A stretch of DNA of 64,000 bases from an uncultured Candidatus Rokubacteria bacterium (GCA_963708025.1 CAVPSB010000002.1:128001-192000), one strand, 5' to 3'. Positions 51,400 to 60,998 are shown, counted from the first letter of the stretch. Translations and numbers: made by a program. Notes: generated from the letters alone by a model not told the origin.

Positions 51400-53145
51400 A
51401 TGGGACGTCTTGGTCCGCTGGCGGGGTTCGCGGCCGCTGGCCTCGGACTCGCCCTGCTGCCCGTGCTGAAGCCGCCCGCCTTCTACGAGTCGTTCCTCTA
51501 CCTCGTGTTCCACTGGGTGGCGCTGGCGACGAGCTGGACGATCCTGAGCGGGTACTCCGGCTACTTCAGCTTCGGCCACGGCGCGTTCTTCGGGGCCGGG
51601 ATGTACACGACCGCCACGCTGGCCGCCGCCGGGAGCGTGCCGTTCCTCGCGACCCTCCCGCTGGCCGGGCTCGCGGCCGCCGCCTTCGGCGTGGGCGTGG
51701 GCGCGGTGGTCTTCCGGGTGCGGCGGCTCCGCGGCGAGCTGTTCGCGCTCGTCACCCTCGCCGTGACGTTCGTCCTGGCGACGATCGTCCTCAACACGCG
51801 GATCGACGGCGGCCCCGGCGTGTACCTGAGCGGGGTGCCGCTGCCGCGCGTCGCCGGGTCGGCCACCACGACGCTCTACCTGCTCGCGCTGGGCGTCGCG
51901 CTGGGCACGGTGGCGACCGCCTACGCGGTCTTCCACGCGCGCTGGGGAGTGGGGCTCTTCGCCATCCACGACGACGAGGACGTGGCGGAGGTCATGGGCG
52001 TCCCCGCCTATCGCTACAAGCTCGCCGCCGTCGGGCTGTCCTGCGGCCTGGCCGGCGTGGCGGGCGGCATCCACGCCATGTTCGTCAGCTACGTCACGGT
52101 GGCCGAGACGTTCTCGATCATCGTGCCGCTTTACGTCGTGCTGATGAGCGTCCTGGGTGGGGCGCGGCACTGGCTGGGCCCGGCGGTGGGGGCGACGCTC
52201 ATCACGGTCCTCATGTACGCGTTCACCGGGAGCCAGATGGCGGTGGCCGGGCGAGCGGTGGTGGGGCTCACCCTGACCCTGGTCATCCTGTTCCTGCCCG
52301 GCGGCGTGACCGGTCTCGCCACCCGGTGGCGGCGGCGGGCGGCACCGCGAGTGGAGCCGCCAGCCGAGCCGGCGTCGTCCGCCGGGCGAGCCGCGTCACC
52401 GCCACGGCGAATGCCGGAGGGGCCGCTGCTCGTCTGCGCCGACGTGCAGAAGGCCTTCCGCGGCCTGCAGGCGCTGGACGGCGTGAGCCTCGAGGTCCGC
52501 TCCGGGGAGATCGTCGGGCTCGTCGGCCCGAACGGCTCCGGCAAGTCCACGCTGATCAACGTCGTGAGCGGCCACTACCGGCCCGACGGCGGCCGCATCC
52601 TCCTCGGCGGCGTTGACATCGCCGGGCACGAGGCGCACCGGATCGCCCGGCTCGGCGTCTCGCGCACCTATCAGATCCCGCGGCCCTTCGCCCACCTGAC
52701 GGTCCGGGACAACGTGGCGGTGGCCGCCATGTTCGGACGCACGGCCCACGATCGGCGAACCGCCGAGCGCGAGGCGGCTCGCTGGCTGGAGTTCACGGGC
52801 CTCGCCGGCCGGGCGGACGTGCTGCCGGCCGCGCTCAACCTGCACCAGCGGAAGTTCCTGGAGCTGGCCCGAGCGCTGGCCTCCGAGCCCGGGCTCGTCC
52901 TGCTCGACGAGGTGCTGTCGGGGCTGACGCCGTCGGAGATGAGCGACGCCACCCGGCTGGTCCGTGAGATCCGGGATCGCGGGGCGACCGTCGTGTTCGT
53001 CGAGCACATCATGCGGGTCGTGATGGACCTGGCCGACCAGGTGGTCGTGCTCGACCACGGCCAGGTCATCGGGCGCGGCGCGCCAAGGGAGGTCATGCGG
53101 CACGCCGACGTCGTCCAAGCGTACCTGGGGAAGGCCCATGCTTGA
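51400..53145 (+). CDS. Fused Liv-type permease / ATP-binding protein (LivM-LivG)
   Basis: SW.ILSGYSGYFSFGHG, then GPNGSGKST, RTYQ.PRPF, LELARALA, VEH. Confidence 0.92.
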   Translation: MGRLGPLAGFAAAGLGLALLPVLKPPAFYESFLYLVFHWVALATSWTILSGYSGYFSFGHGAFFGAGMYTTATLAAAGSVPFLATLPLAGLAAAAFGVGVGAVVFRVRRLRGELFALVTLAVTFVLATIVLNTRIDGGPGVYLSGVPLPRVAGSATTTLYLLALGVALGTVATAYAVFHARWGVGLFAIHDDEDVAEVMGVPAYRYKLAAVGLSCGLAGVAGGIHAMFVSYVTVAETFSIIVPLYVVLMSVLGGARHWLGPAVGATLITVLMYAFTGSQMAVAGRAVVGLTLTLVILFLPGGVTGLATRWRRRAAPRVEPPAEPASSAGRAASPPRRMPEGPLLVCADVQKAFRGLQALDGVSLEVRSGEIVGLVGPNGSGKSTLINVVSGHYRPDGGRILLGGVDIAGHEAHRIARLGVSRTYQIPRPFAHLTVRDNVAVAAMFGRTAHDRRTAEREAARWLEFTGLAGRADVLPAALNLHQRKFLELARALASEPGLVLLDEVLSGLTPSEMSDATRLVREIRDRGATVVFVEHIMRVVMDLADQVVVLDHGQVIGRGAPREVMRHADVVQAYLGKAHA

Positions 53146-53156
53146 GACCGAGCGGC
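53052..53156 (+). repeat. Direct repeat copy 1 (livG 3' end plus livF start) flanking hicBA
   Basis: About 90 percent identical to 53757-53860 by manual alignment. Confidence 0.9.
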
Positions 53157-53317
53157 AGCCGCGCTCCCCGTCGAGCTCGCGGGGGCAGGCCGTCGAGCGT
53201 GCGCCGGGCCGCTGCTCGCCGAGCCCCGAGACCAGGAGGACCCGAGGCGCGGATGCTGGACGGCCGGAGCGGCCTCTGGTAGTGTGCCAGACGAGGGTCG
53301 GAGTGGGAGGGGCGACG

Positions 53318-53533
53318 ATGCGGAACGAGTTCACCGCGGTGATCGAGCGCGACGGTGAGTGGTACGTCGCCTACTGTCTGGAGATTCCCGGCGCGAACGG
53401 GCAGGGGCGGACGAAGGACGAGGCCCGGGAGAGTCTGGCCGAGGCCATCGCCCTGATTCTCGAAGACCGCCGCGAGGAAGGGCTGCGCGGCGTCCCGCCC
53501 GATGCCATCCGGGAGACCGTCACGGTCACGTGA
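53318..53533 (+). CDS. hicB: HicB family antitoxin (short form, no DNA-binding domain)
   Basis: GGGAGG SD; FTAVIERDGEWYVAYC.EIPGANGQGRT.DEA.ESL.EAI. Confidence 0.9.
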   Translation: MRNEFTAVIERDGEWYVAYCLEIPGANGQGRTKDEARESLAEAIALILEDRREEGLRGVPPDAIRETVTVT

Positions 53534-53727
53534 AGCGAAGCAGCCTGCTCCGGCACCTCCGGAGGCACGGCTGCTTCCTCAAGCGGGAGGGCCGGGCGCA
53601 CTCCCTCTGGTCCAACCCAGCCACGGGAGCCGTCGAGGCCATCCCCCGCCACACCGAGATCGCCAACCTGCTGACTCGGAAGATCTGCCGGAATCTCGGC
53701 GTGCCCGAGCCCGGGGGCGAGGAGTAG
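53530..53727 (+). CDS. hicA: HicA family toxin
   Basis: GTGA overlap with hicB; L.RHGC...REG..HS.W.NP......IPRHTEI....RKIC. Confidence 0.9.
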   Translation: MKRSSLLRHLRRHGCFLKREGRAHSLWSNPATGAVEAIPRHTEIANLLTRKICRNLGVPEPGGEE

Positions 53728-53756
53728 CGCGGCAGGCTTCGCAACGGCGGATCCGG

Positions 53757-53860
53757 CGACCTGGCCAGGTCATCGCGCACGGCGCGCCGGGGGAGGTCAT
53801 GCGGCCCGCCGACGTCGTCCAGGCGTATCTGGGGAAGGCCCATGCTTGAGACCGAGCGGC
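53757..53860 (+). repeat. Direct repeat copy 2, containing the functional livF start
   Basis: GGCCAGGTCATC...GGGAAGGCCCATGCTTGAGACCGAGCGGC. Confidence 0.9.
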
Positions 53861-54573
53861 TCGAGGTCGCCTACGGCGACGCCCCCGCGCTGTGGGACGT
53901 CTCGCTCACCGTAGGCGAGGGGGAGCTGGTGTGCGTCGTCGGGCCGAATGGCAGCGGCAAGACCACCCTGATCAACGCGATCGCCGGCCTCCTGCCCGCC
54001 CGGAGCGGCCGGGTCCGCTTCCGCGGGGAGGAGCTGACGCGCGTCGCCCCTCACGAGATCTGCCGGCGTGGCATCGCGGTGGTGCCCGAGGGTCGCCGGC
54101 TGTTCACCGGCATGACGGTGGAGGAGAACCTCGAGATCGGCTGCTACGTGCCGTCGGCCCGGGCGGCGCGCCCCGAGCGCCTGGGGCGCGTCTACGGCAT
54201 CTTCCCCCGGCTGTACGAGCGCCGGCGGCAGCTGGCCGGGACCCTGTCGGGCGGCGAGCAGCAGATGGCGGCCATCGGGCGCGCCCTCATGGCCGGCCCG
54301 CGCCTGTTGCTGCTCGACGAGCCCTCGCTGGGCCTGGCCCCCGCCATCGTGGACGCGCTGTTCGGGGTGATCGACGCCGTCCACCGGGACGGCGTGGCCG
54401 TGCTGCTCGTCGAGCAGAACGTGGGCAAGGCGCTGGGCCTGGCGACCCGCGCCTACGTGCTCGAGGAGGGCCGCATCGTCTCGGCCGGCACGCCGGCGGA
54501 GCTGCGCGCCCAGCCGCACATCCGGAGCGCCTACCTCGGCTACGCGGACGGCCCGGAGACCGGCGCCGACTGA
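53842..54573 (+). CDS. Liv-type ABC ATP-binding protein (LivF-like)
   Basis: GPNGSGKTT, VPEGRRLF, LSGGEQQM, DEPSLGLAP. Confidence 0.93.
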   Translation: MLETERLEVAYGDAPALWDVSLTVGEGELVCVVGPNGSGKTTLINAIAGLLPARSGRVRFRGEELTRVAPHEICRRGIAVVPEGRRLFTGMTVEENLEIGCYVPSARAARPERLGRVYGIFPRLYERRRQLAGTLSGGEQQMAAIGRALMAGPRLLLLDEPSLGLAPAIVDALFGVIDAVHRDGVAVLLVEQNVGKALGLATRAYVLEEGRIVSAGTPAELRAQPHIRSAYLGYADGPETGAD

Positions 54574-54804
54574 GGGTCCGTGAGGCCCCATCCCCCGCTG
54601 GCCGCGAGGCCGGGCGGAAAGCCACGGGGCGGGAAGCCGCTTGACAGGCAGTCGGGCGATCGGCCACGCTGCCCCGGGACCGCGTGGATGCGCGGCGCCG
54701 CCGTGGGACCCCACGGCGAGCCGGCCGGGGAGGATGGCGCGATGAGGCAGCGGCTCGGATTCCGCGGGTATGCGTCGGAGTCCGGATCCACGATCTGAGA
54801 GCCG

Positions 54805-55722
54805 ATGCCCACGCTCGGGTTCGTCGGGCTCGGGGCCATGGGCGGCCGGATGGCCAGGCGGCTGCTGGATGCCGGCCACCCGGTGGTCGGCTACAACCGG
54901 ACGCGGAGCCGGGCCGAGTGGCTGGTCGGGGCCGGGATGCGGGCGGCGGCCTCCCCGCGCGCCGTCGCCGAGGCGGCCGAGGTGGTCTTCAGCATGGTGA
55001 GCGACACCGAGGCGCTCGGGGCCGTGACCGCCGGCCCCGACGGGATCCTGGCCGGCCTGCGCCCCGGCGCCGTCTACGTGGAGATGAGCACGGTCAGCCC
55101 GGCCGCGGCCCGCGCCCTCGGGGCGGAGGTGGCGGCGCGGGGTGCGGATATGATCGACGCCCCGGTGTCGGGCAGCGTCGCCACGCTGGAGGCCGGCCAG
55201 CTCGCATTCATGGTCGGCGGCGACCCGGCGGTGCTGGAGCGCGTGCGGCCGTACCTCCTCGCCATCGGCCCCACGATCACGCACGTCGGCGCCCTGGGGC
55301 TGGCGGTGACGATGAAGATCGCCATCAACCTCGGCCTGGCCACCCAGATGCTCGCCTTCAGCGAGGCGGTGCTGCTCGCCGAGAAGGCCGGCATCACCCG
55401 CGAGCGTGCGGTCGAGGCGCTGCTCCGGAGCGTGACCGCCTCCCCGATGGTGAAGTACCGGGGGCCCTTCGTCCTCGGCATGCCGGCGGAGCCGTGGTTC
55501 GACGTGGGCATGATGCAGAAGGACCTGAGGCTGGCCCTCGACCTCGGGCGGGCGGTGGGGGTGGTCTTGCCCAGCACCGCGCTCACGAACCAGCTCCTGA
55601 CCGCCGCCCGGGGGCTCGGCCTCGCCCACGAGGACTTCGCGGTCGTGTTCGACGTCCTGGCGGAGATGAGCGGGCTGCCCCCGAGCTTGAAGCCCGGGGG
55701 GCCCCGCGCGGGAGACGCGTGA
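54805..55722 (+). CDS. Beta-hydroxyacid dehydrogenase (3-hydroxyisobutyrate dehydrogenase family)
   Basis: GFVGLGAMG, EMSTVSP, DAPVSGS, MVGGD, MKIAIN, KDL.LAL. Confidence 0.92.
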   Translation: MPTLGFVGLGAMGGRMARRLLDAGHPVVGYNRTRSRAEWLVGAGMRAAASPRAVAEAAEVVFSMVSDTEALGAVTAGPDGILAGLRPGAVYVEMSTVSPAAARALGAEVAARGADMIDAPVSGSVATLEAGQLAFMVGGDPAVLERVRPYLLAIGPTITHVGALGLAVTMKIAINLGLATQMLAFSEAVLLAEKAGITRERAVEALLRSVTASPMVKYRGPFVLGMPAEPWFDVGMMQKDLRLALDLGRAVGVVLPSTALTNQLLTAARGLGLAHEDFAVVFDVLAEMSGLPPSLKPGGPRAGDA

Positions 55723-57017
55723 TGGCGCTACCGACGTACGGCACCATGGGGGTCGACTGGGAGGAGCGGGTCAACTTCGATCGGCTCCGGCGGGACCGCC
55801 TGGCGCGGGTGACGGCCGAGCTGGGTCGCTCGGAGCTGGGGGCGCTCCTCTGCTTCGACATGTACAACATCCGCTACATCACGAACACGACGATCGGGGA
55901 GTGGGCCCGCGACAAGCTCTCCCGCTTCGCCCTCCTGCCGCGCGGCGCCGAGCCGATCATGTGGGACTTCGGCTCCGCCGCCCGCCACCACCAGCTCTAC
56001 TGTCCCTGGCTCGGCGAGCGGTCGCGGGCCGGCATCTCCCTCCTGCGGGGGGCGATGACGCCGGAGATGGGGCGGGCCGAGGACCTCGCCCGCAAGATCA
56101 AGCGGGAGCTGGAGGCCCGGGGCCTCCACCGGGCGCCGCTCGGCGTGGACGTGATCGAGCTGCCGATCCTGGCCGCGCTCCAGAAGGAGGGGCTCCAGGT
56201 CGTGGACGGCCAGCAGCTCATGCAGACCGTCCGCCGCATCAAGACCTGGGACGAGATCGTCCTCCTCAACAGCGCCGCCATGATGGTGGACGCGGCCTAC
56301 GAGGAGCTCTACCGGGCCCTCCGCCCGGGGATCCGGGAGAACGAGCTGGTCGGCATCGCCGCCAAGACGCTCTACGACCTGGGCTCCGAGGACGTGGAGG
56401 CGGTCAACGCGATCGCCGGCGAGCGCTGCAATCCGCACCCCCACGTCTTCTCCGACCGGGTGCTGCGGCCGGGCGATCCGGCCTACTTCGACATCCTCCA
56501 CTCCTACATGGGCTACCGCACCTGCTACTACCGCTCCTTCGCGGTGGGCAGCGCCTCCCACGCCATGGTGGACGCCTACAAGCGCTGCCGGGAGCTGCTG
56601 GACGTCGCGATCTCGATGGTCAAGCCCGGGATCACGACGGCGGACATCGTGGCCACGTGGCCGCGGGCCCAGGAGTTCGGCTTCCCGGACGAGGAGGCGT
56701 GCTTCGGCCTCCAGTACGGCCACGGCGTCGGGCTCTCGATCTGGGAGCAGCCGGTCATGAGCCGGCTGGTGTCGCTCGAGCACCCGGTGGCGCTCGAGCC
56801 CGGCATGGTCTTCGCCCTCGAGAACTTCTGGCCGGCCTCGGACGGCTGGTCGGCGGCGCGCATCGAGGAGGAGGTGCTGGTCACCGAGACGGGGCACGAG
56901 ATCCTGACCCGCTTCCCGGCCGAGACCCTGATCGTGGCCGGCACCCGGTACTGGACGGCGACCGGCCCCCTCCCGGGCACCCGCGAGCTGGACCCGACGG
57001 CCGGGCAGGGCCGATGA
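55722..57017 (+). CDS. M24 (Xaa-Pro peptidase/creatinase) family hydrolase
   Basis: VDWEERV, NIRY, R.IKT.DEI, GYRTCYYR, GHGVGL, FALE, RIEEEV. Confidence 0.88.
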   Translation: MALPTYGTMGVDWEERVNFDRLRRDRLARVTAELGRSELGALLCFDMYNIRYITNTTIGEWARDKLSRFALLPRGAEPIMWDFGSAARHHQLYCPWLGERSRAGISLLRGAMTPEMGRAEDLARKIKRELEARGLHRAPLGVDVIELPILAALQKEGLQVVDGQQLMQTVRRIKTWDEIVLLNSAAMMVDAAYEELYRALRPGIRENELVGIAAKTLYDLGSEDVEAVNAIAGERCNPHPHVFSDRVLRPGDPAYFDILHSYMGYRTCYYRSFAVGSASHAMVDAYKRCRELLDVAISMVKPGITTADIVATWPRAQEFGFPDEEACFGLQYGHGVGLSIWEQPVMSRLVSLEHPVALEPGMVFALENFWPASDGWSAARIEEEVLVTETGHEILTRFPAETLIVAGTRYWTATGPLPGTRELDPTAGQGR

Positions 57018-57170
57018 GCGTCGCATCGCGTCGTCGATCGGACGGCCTTCGGCCTTTGGGGTCGTCGCCCATCCTCGGCGTATGCGGCATACGCCTGCGG
57101 TGGGCGACTCCCTGCGTCGTTCGGACGGCCTTCGGCCTGGGGGCGCTGCTCGCTCCTCGGCCCTGCCCGG
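57001..57170. repeat. Long palindromic repeat, family B; overlaps the M24 stop codon
   Basis: Arms CCGGGCAGGGCCGA / TCGGCCCTGCCCGG; apex GGCGTATGCGGCATACGCC. Confidence 0.85.
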
Positions 57171-57277
57171 GCACCATGGCTCGCCCGAGAGTTGTTCAGG
57201 GAGACGAGCCGAGGCATCGGGAGGGTCTTCAGAGACCTCACCGAATGATCCGGTAGCCCGAGCCTGCGGCGCCGCCC

Positions 57278-57820
57278 GTGTCCGCCTCGCCGCGTCCGTC
57301 CCTCCCGGAGCTCGTCCGGGCGTTCGCGTGGATCGGGGCCATCAGCTTCGGCGGGGGACGGGCGGCTTACTTCCAGGACGAGCTGGTGGCCCGTCGCCGC
57401 TGGCTCACCAACGAGGAGTTCCTCGAGTCGATCGCGCTGAGCCAGATGCTGCCGGGACCGGGGATCGGGAACCTGGCCGCCTGTCTCGGCCAGCGCCTCG
57501 GCGGCTGGCGCGGGGCGTTGCTGGCCGTGGCGTGCCTGACGCTGCCCGGCGGGGCCATGACCCTCGGCGTGGCGTGGCTCTACTTCCGTGGGCTGCCGGC
57601 CACGCTGACGGGCGCGGTGGGGATGGGCGTGAGCGCCGCCTCGGTGGGGCTGGCCCTCGGCTCCGTGGTCCGCCTCCGGACCGGCATTCGCGATCTCGGC
57701 GGGTTCGCCATCGTGGCGATCACGTTCGTGCTCTTCGGCCCGCTCCACTGGCCGATCCACTGGGTGCTGCTGGCGTGCCTGCCGCCCGCCCTGGTCCTGG
57801 CCTGGCGGCGACGACCGTGA
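57278..57820 (+). CDS. chrA: Short-chain chromate transporter, N-type subunit
   Basis: IG.ISFGGG, WLT.EEF...IALSQ.LPGP. Confidence 0.88.
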   Translation: MSASPRPSLPELVRAFAWIGAISFGGGRAAYFQDELVARRRWLTNEEFLESIALSQMLPGPGIGNLAACLGQRLGGWRGALLAVACLTLPGGAMTLGVAWLYFRGLPATLTGAVGMGVSAASVGLALGSVVRLRTGIRDLGGFAIVAITFVLFGPLHWPIHWVLLACLPPALVLAWRRRP

Positions 57821-58339
57821 CGGAGCTCGGCGCCCTCGCGCGGGTCTTCGGGCGGCTCGGCCTCCTCGCGTTCGGCGGGGGCCTGGGGATCCTCCCCGAG
57901 ATGGAGCGGCAAACGGTTGAACATCCACGGCTGGGTCACGCATCGCGAGTTCGTTGACGCCTTCGCGTTCTCGCAGGTGACGCCGGGCCCCGGCATGCTC
58001 ATGGTCGTCGTCATCGGCTTCCGGGCGGCGGGGCTCGCCGGCGCCCTCGTGGCCGGGCTCGCCATGTTCGGCCCGACCTCGCTGCTCACGGCGTTCGTGG
58101 CGGACCGGTGGGCGCGCCTGGGCGACTGGGGGCTCATGGAGCTCCTGCGAGGCACGCTGGCGCCGGTCGCGCTCGGGCTCCTGGCGGCCGGGTGCTACAC
58201 GCTGGCCCGGCTGGGGGTGCACGGCCCCCTCACCGCCGGGATCGCCCTCGTCGCGCTCGTCGCCGTCGGCTGGCGGGGGTGGAGCCCGGCCCTCGTCGTC
58301 GTGGCCGGCGGGCTGATCGGCCTCGCGTCGCTCCGCTGA
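57817..58339 (+). CDS. chrA: Short-chain chromate transporter, C-type subunit; frameshift near 57920
   Basis: LGLLAFGGG, W.T..EF.D.FA.SQ.TPGP. Confidence 0.85.
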
Positions 58340-58423
58340 GAACCCGCGGCCACCATCGTTCCACTCCTGCCGTCCATTGGCTTCTCGCAACCCGCGGGAA
58401 CCGGCCTGGCGGCCATGGCGTTC

Positions 58424-58495
58424 CGCTTCGAGCCGCGGCTCCGCCGCGGCCTCCGAAGGGGAGGCAGTCGGGGGGTCTTCCGAGACCCCCCGAAG
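58424..58495. repeat. Palindromic repeat, family C, between convergent genes
   Basis: TCGGGGGGTCTTCCGAGACCCCCCGA plus GAGCCGCGGCTCCGCCGCGGCCTCCG. Confidence 0.7.
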
Positions 58496-58496
58496 C

Positions 58497-59564
58497 TTAG
58501 GCCGTGGTGACCTGGCCGATCCCGCCCCGGAGGGTGCCCGGCTCGATGCTGCCCCACAGCACCTCGTGGCCGGCCGGCAGCGCCCGGCTGTTCGGCATCG
58601 AGAGCCAGAGCCGGTAGAGCAGGCGCACCGCGCCCGTTCCCGCGTCGTCCTCGAAGGCCGTGCGGGCGTGGTAGACGACGTGGTTGTTGAGGAGCTGCAT
58701 GTCGCCCGCCTCGAACCGCATCTCGAAGGACAGCTCGTCGGCCAGCGCCATGAGCAGCTCGATGCCCTCCCGCTGGGCGGCGCTGAGCGGCGGCACCCCC
58801 GGCACCATCTGGGCGATCTCGATGAAGGTGAGCGAGTAGTGGCTCGTGAACTTGCCGTCGCGCACCCCGAAGATGGGAAGCGGGTACACGCCGTCGGGGC
58901 GCTCCGCCTCCTCGCCGAAGCGGCTGCGATGGACGTCCCGGTAGAGCGCCTCGGCCAGGTCCGGCCGGCGCCGGATCATCTCGTTGTGGACGGCGACGGA
59001 GCTGGCCAGCTTGCTGACCCCGCCCGCCCGCGCCTGGCCGACGCAGAGGAGGCCGACCACGTCGCAGCGGTCGGTGTGGAAGCGGAGCGGTCCGTTCGAG
59101 AGCGTGCGCGCGTAGGAGGAGAGCACCGCGCCGCTGCCGCCGCCCGGGGCCGGGATCTGTCCATAGCGCTCGCCGACGCCGCGCCCCTCGTCGCGGATCT
59201 CGCGCATCAGCTCGCCCCGCCGGTTCTGGAACACGGGCCGGCCGAGGTGGCTGCCGAGGCCGAACCAGATCCGGCGCAGGTCCTCGGGGGTGTAGCGCTC
59301 GACCGGGAGGCCGCGCAGGGTGACGACCCCGCCGCCGTCCTCCAGCTCGCCGGCGACCTCGGCCAGCGTCGCCGGGAGCGTGCGGAGCGGGAAGCGCTCG
59401 CGCGTGGTCTCGTGCCACGCCACCCCCTGCGACCGGGCCGCGCGAAGGGCGGCGTCGATCTCGTCGCAGGCGTCGCGATCGAGCGTGCGGACCCAGCGCG
59501 TCGAGCGGGCCATCTCCTCGCCGCGCCAGGCACAGGGGCCGGAGATCGGCTGGAGGGTGGTCAT
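58497..59564 (-). CDS. TauD/TfdA family Fe(II)/2-oxoglutarate dioxygenase
   Basis: FHTD facial-triad motif, GG.S, GDMQLLNNH...HAR, RLL.RLWL. Confidence 0.9.
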   Translation of the reverse strand: MTTLQPISGPCAWRGEEMARSTRWVRTLDRDACDEIDAALRAARSQGVAWHETTRERFPLRTLPATLAEVAGELEDGGGVVTLRGLPVERYTPEDLRRIWFGLGSHLGRPVFQNRRGELMREIRDEGRGVGERYGQIPAPGGGSGAVLSSYARTLSNGPLRFHTDRCDVVGLLCVGQARAGGVSKLASSVAVHNEMIRRRPDLAEALYRDVHRSRFGEEAERPDGVYPLPIFGVRDGKFTSHYSLTFIEIAQMVPGVPPLSAAQREGIELLMALADELSFEMRFEAGDMQLLNNHVVYHARTAFEDDAGTGAVRLLYRLWLSMPNSRALPAGHEVLWGSIEPGTLRGGIGQVTTA

Positions 59565-59675
59565 GCCGGCGGCTTCCTTCCTCGCCACGCGATCGGCCGT
59601 GGCGGCGCCGTCGAGCATAGCAGAGCAGAGCCGGCGTGATAAGCGGCGGACCGAGGCAGGGGCCTGCGCCTGGCG

Positions 59676-60674
59676 TCAGCGCGCCTGAAGCACCGAGACG
59701 TTGGCGCCGAACCGGGTGGCGCCTCCCTTCGGAATCCGGATGAGATAGCGGCCCTTCGGGAGGTAGTCCTGGATGATCCCGGGGTTCAGCTCCCGGATCT
59801 CTCGATAGAACGAGCCGCCGGCTCTGGCGAGATCGGCCACGAGGATCCGGTTTTGCACCGAGACCTCGACGGTGTCCGCCTCGTGGGGCCGGTAGAGCTG
59901 CTCCGTCTGGACCTGGAGCCCGTAGCGCTCCGGGTGGGAGAGGATCAGCTTGGCGGCGAGCGCCCGGAAGACGTATCGCTCGGTCTCCGACGGCAGGGCG
60001 AGCTGGTAGTAGCTCGAGACCCCCTGGCGTCGGAGCGCATCCTCGACCCGGCCCTCCCCGGCGTTGTACCCGGCCAGGGCCAGCGGCCAGCTCCGGAACC
60101 GGGCGTGGAGGTCTTTGAGATACGCGAGCGCCGCAGCCGTGGACGACTCGGGGTTTCGCCGCTCGTCCCACCACGGGGTCACGGTGAGGCCATAGCGGCG
60201 GCCGGTCGAGGCGATGAACTGCCAGATCCCCAGGGCACTGGCCGAAGAAGTGGCCGTGGGCAGGAGGGCGCTCTCGATCACGGACACGTACTTCAAGTCG
60301 CCGGGCATCCCGGCCTTCTCCAGCTCGTACTCGATGTACGGAAAGTACCGTGCGCTCCGCTTCAGCCACAGGACCACCTGGGCGGGATTTCCCAGGGAGA
60401 GAAGGAATTCTCGTTCCAGGCGCTCGCGCACGTCCCAGCGGTCGAGCGGCACGGGCTCGCTCGCGAACGCCATCGTCTCGGGCAACACGTAGACGTGGAG
60501 CGCCTGGAGCGCGGCGGCCAGGCTCGCCTCGAGGCGTTCGACCCGCTCCCTCAGAACGCGCACCTCCTTCCTCAGATCGGCGGGCTCGCCGGCGGCGTCG
60601 GTCTGGGCCAGGCTGTTGGACTCGCTGGACACCACCGCCGCGCACGTCAGAGCGATCAGCAAGGGTCGCCGCAT
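59676..60674 (-). CDS. Lytic transglycosylase (SLT domain, MltD-like)
   Basis: Signal peptide; IES catalytic motif, GIWQF, DERR, AGYNAGE, ET.RYV. Confidence 0.9.
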   Translation of the reverse strand: MRRPLLIALTCAAVVSSESNSLAQTDAAGEPADLRKEVRVLRERVERLEASLAAALQALHVYVLPETMAFASEPVPLDRWDVRERLEREFLLSLGNPAQVVLWLKRSARYFPYIEYELEKAGMPGDLKYVSVIESALLPTATSSASALGIWQFIASTGRRYGLTVTPWWDERRNPESSTAAALAYLKDLHARFRSWPLALAGYNAGEGRVEDALRRQGVSSYYQLALPSETERYVFRALAAKLILSHPERYGLQVQTEQLYRPHEADTVEVSVQNRILVADLARAGGSFYREIRELNPGIIQDYLPKGRYLIRIPKGGATRFGANVSVLQAR

Positions 60675-60998
60675 CGGTCCCTCCTGACCGGCAATTCAAG
60701 CAACGCTGGTGCCAGACGGAGGGTCTTCCAAGCGCACGTCGAAGGCGGCCGAGAACGCCCGGAAATCCAGAACGTTAGAATCCCGCCGCTGACGGTGGTG
60801 ACGACGGGTGCCTCGACGGATCGGAACCAGACGGTGAGGAAAACGCTAGCGGCTTGCGGGGGGGGGGGATCATCCGATCTTCCTCATCCACCCGGGGAGG
60901 CTCCCCACCCGACCCCGGATGTCCGCTCGGATCCGGCGCGATCGTCTGCGGCGGACTGGCCGTACGGTCGCACGCGCCGGCCGCAGCGGCCCGGCGTG

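Noticed and set aside
47500-57250. Repeated GACGGCCTTCGGCCT units as a CRISPR array
   Set aside because: There is no regular repeat-spacer periodicity, at most two units occur per locus, and no cas genes are present.
60855-60925. Poly-G tract and weak hairpin between the cNMP and transglycosylase genes
   Set aside because: It could not be aligned convincingly to repeat families A-C, and homopolymer length is unreliable in this sequence.
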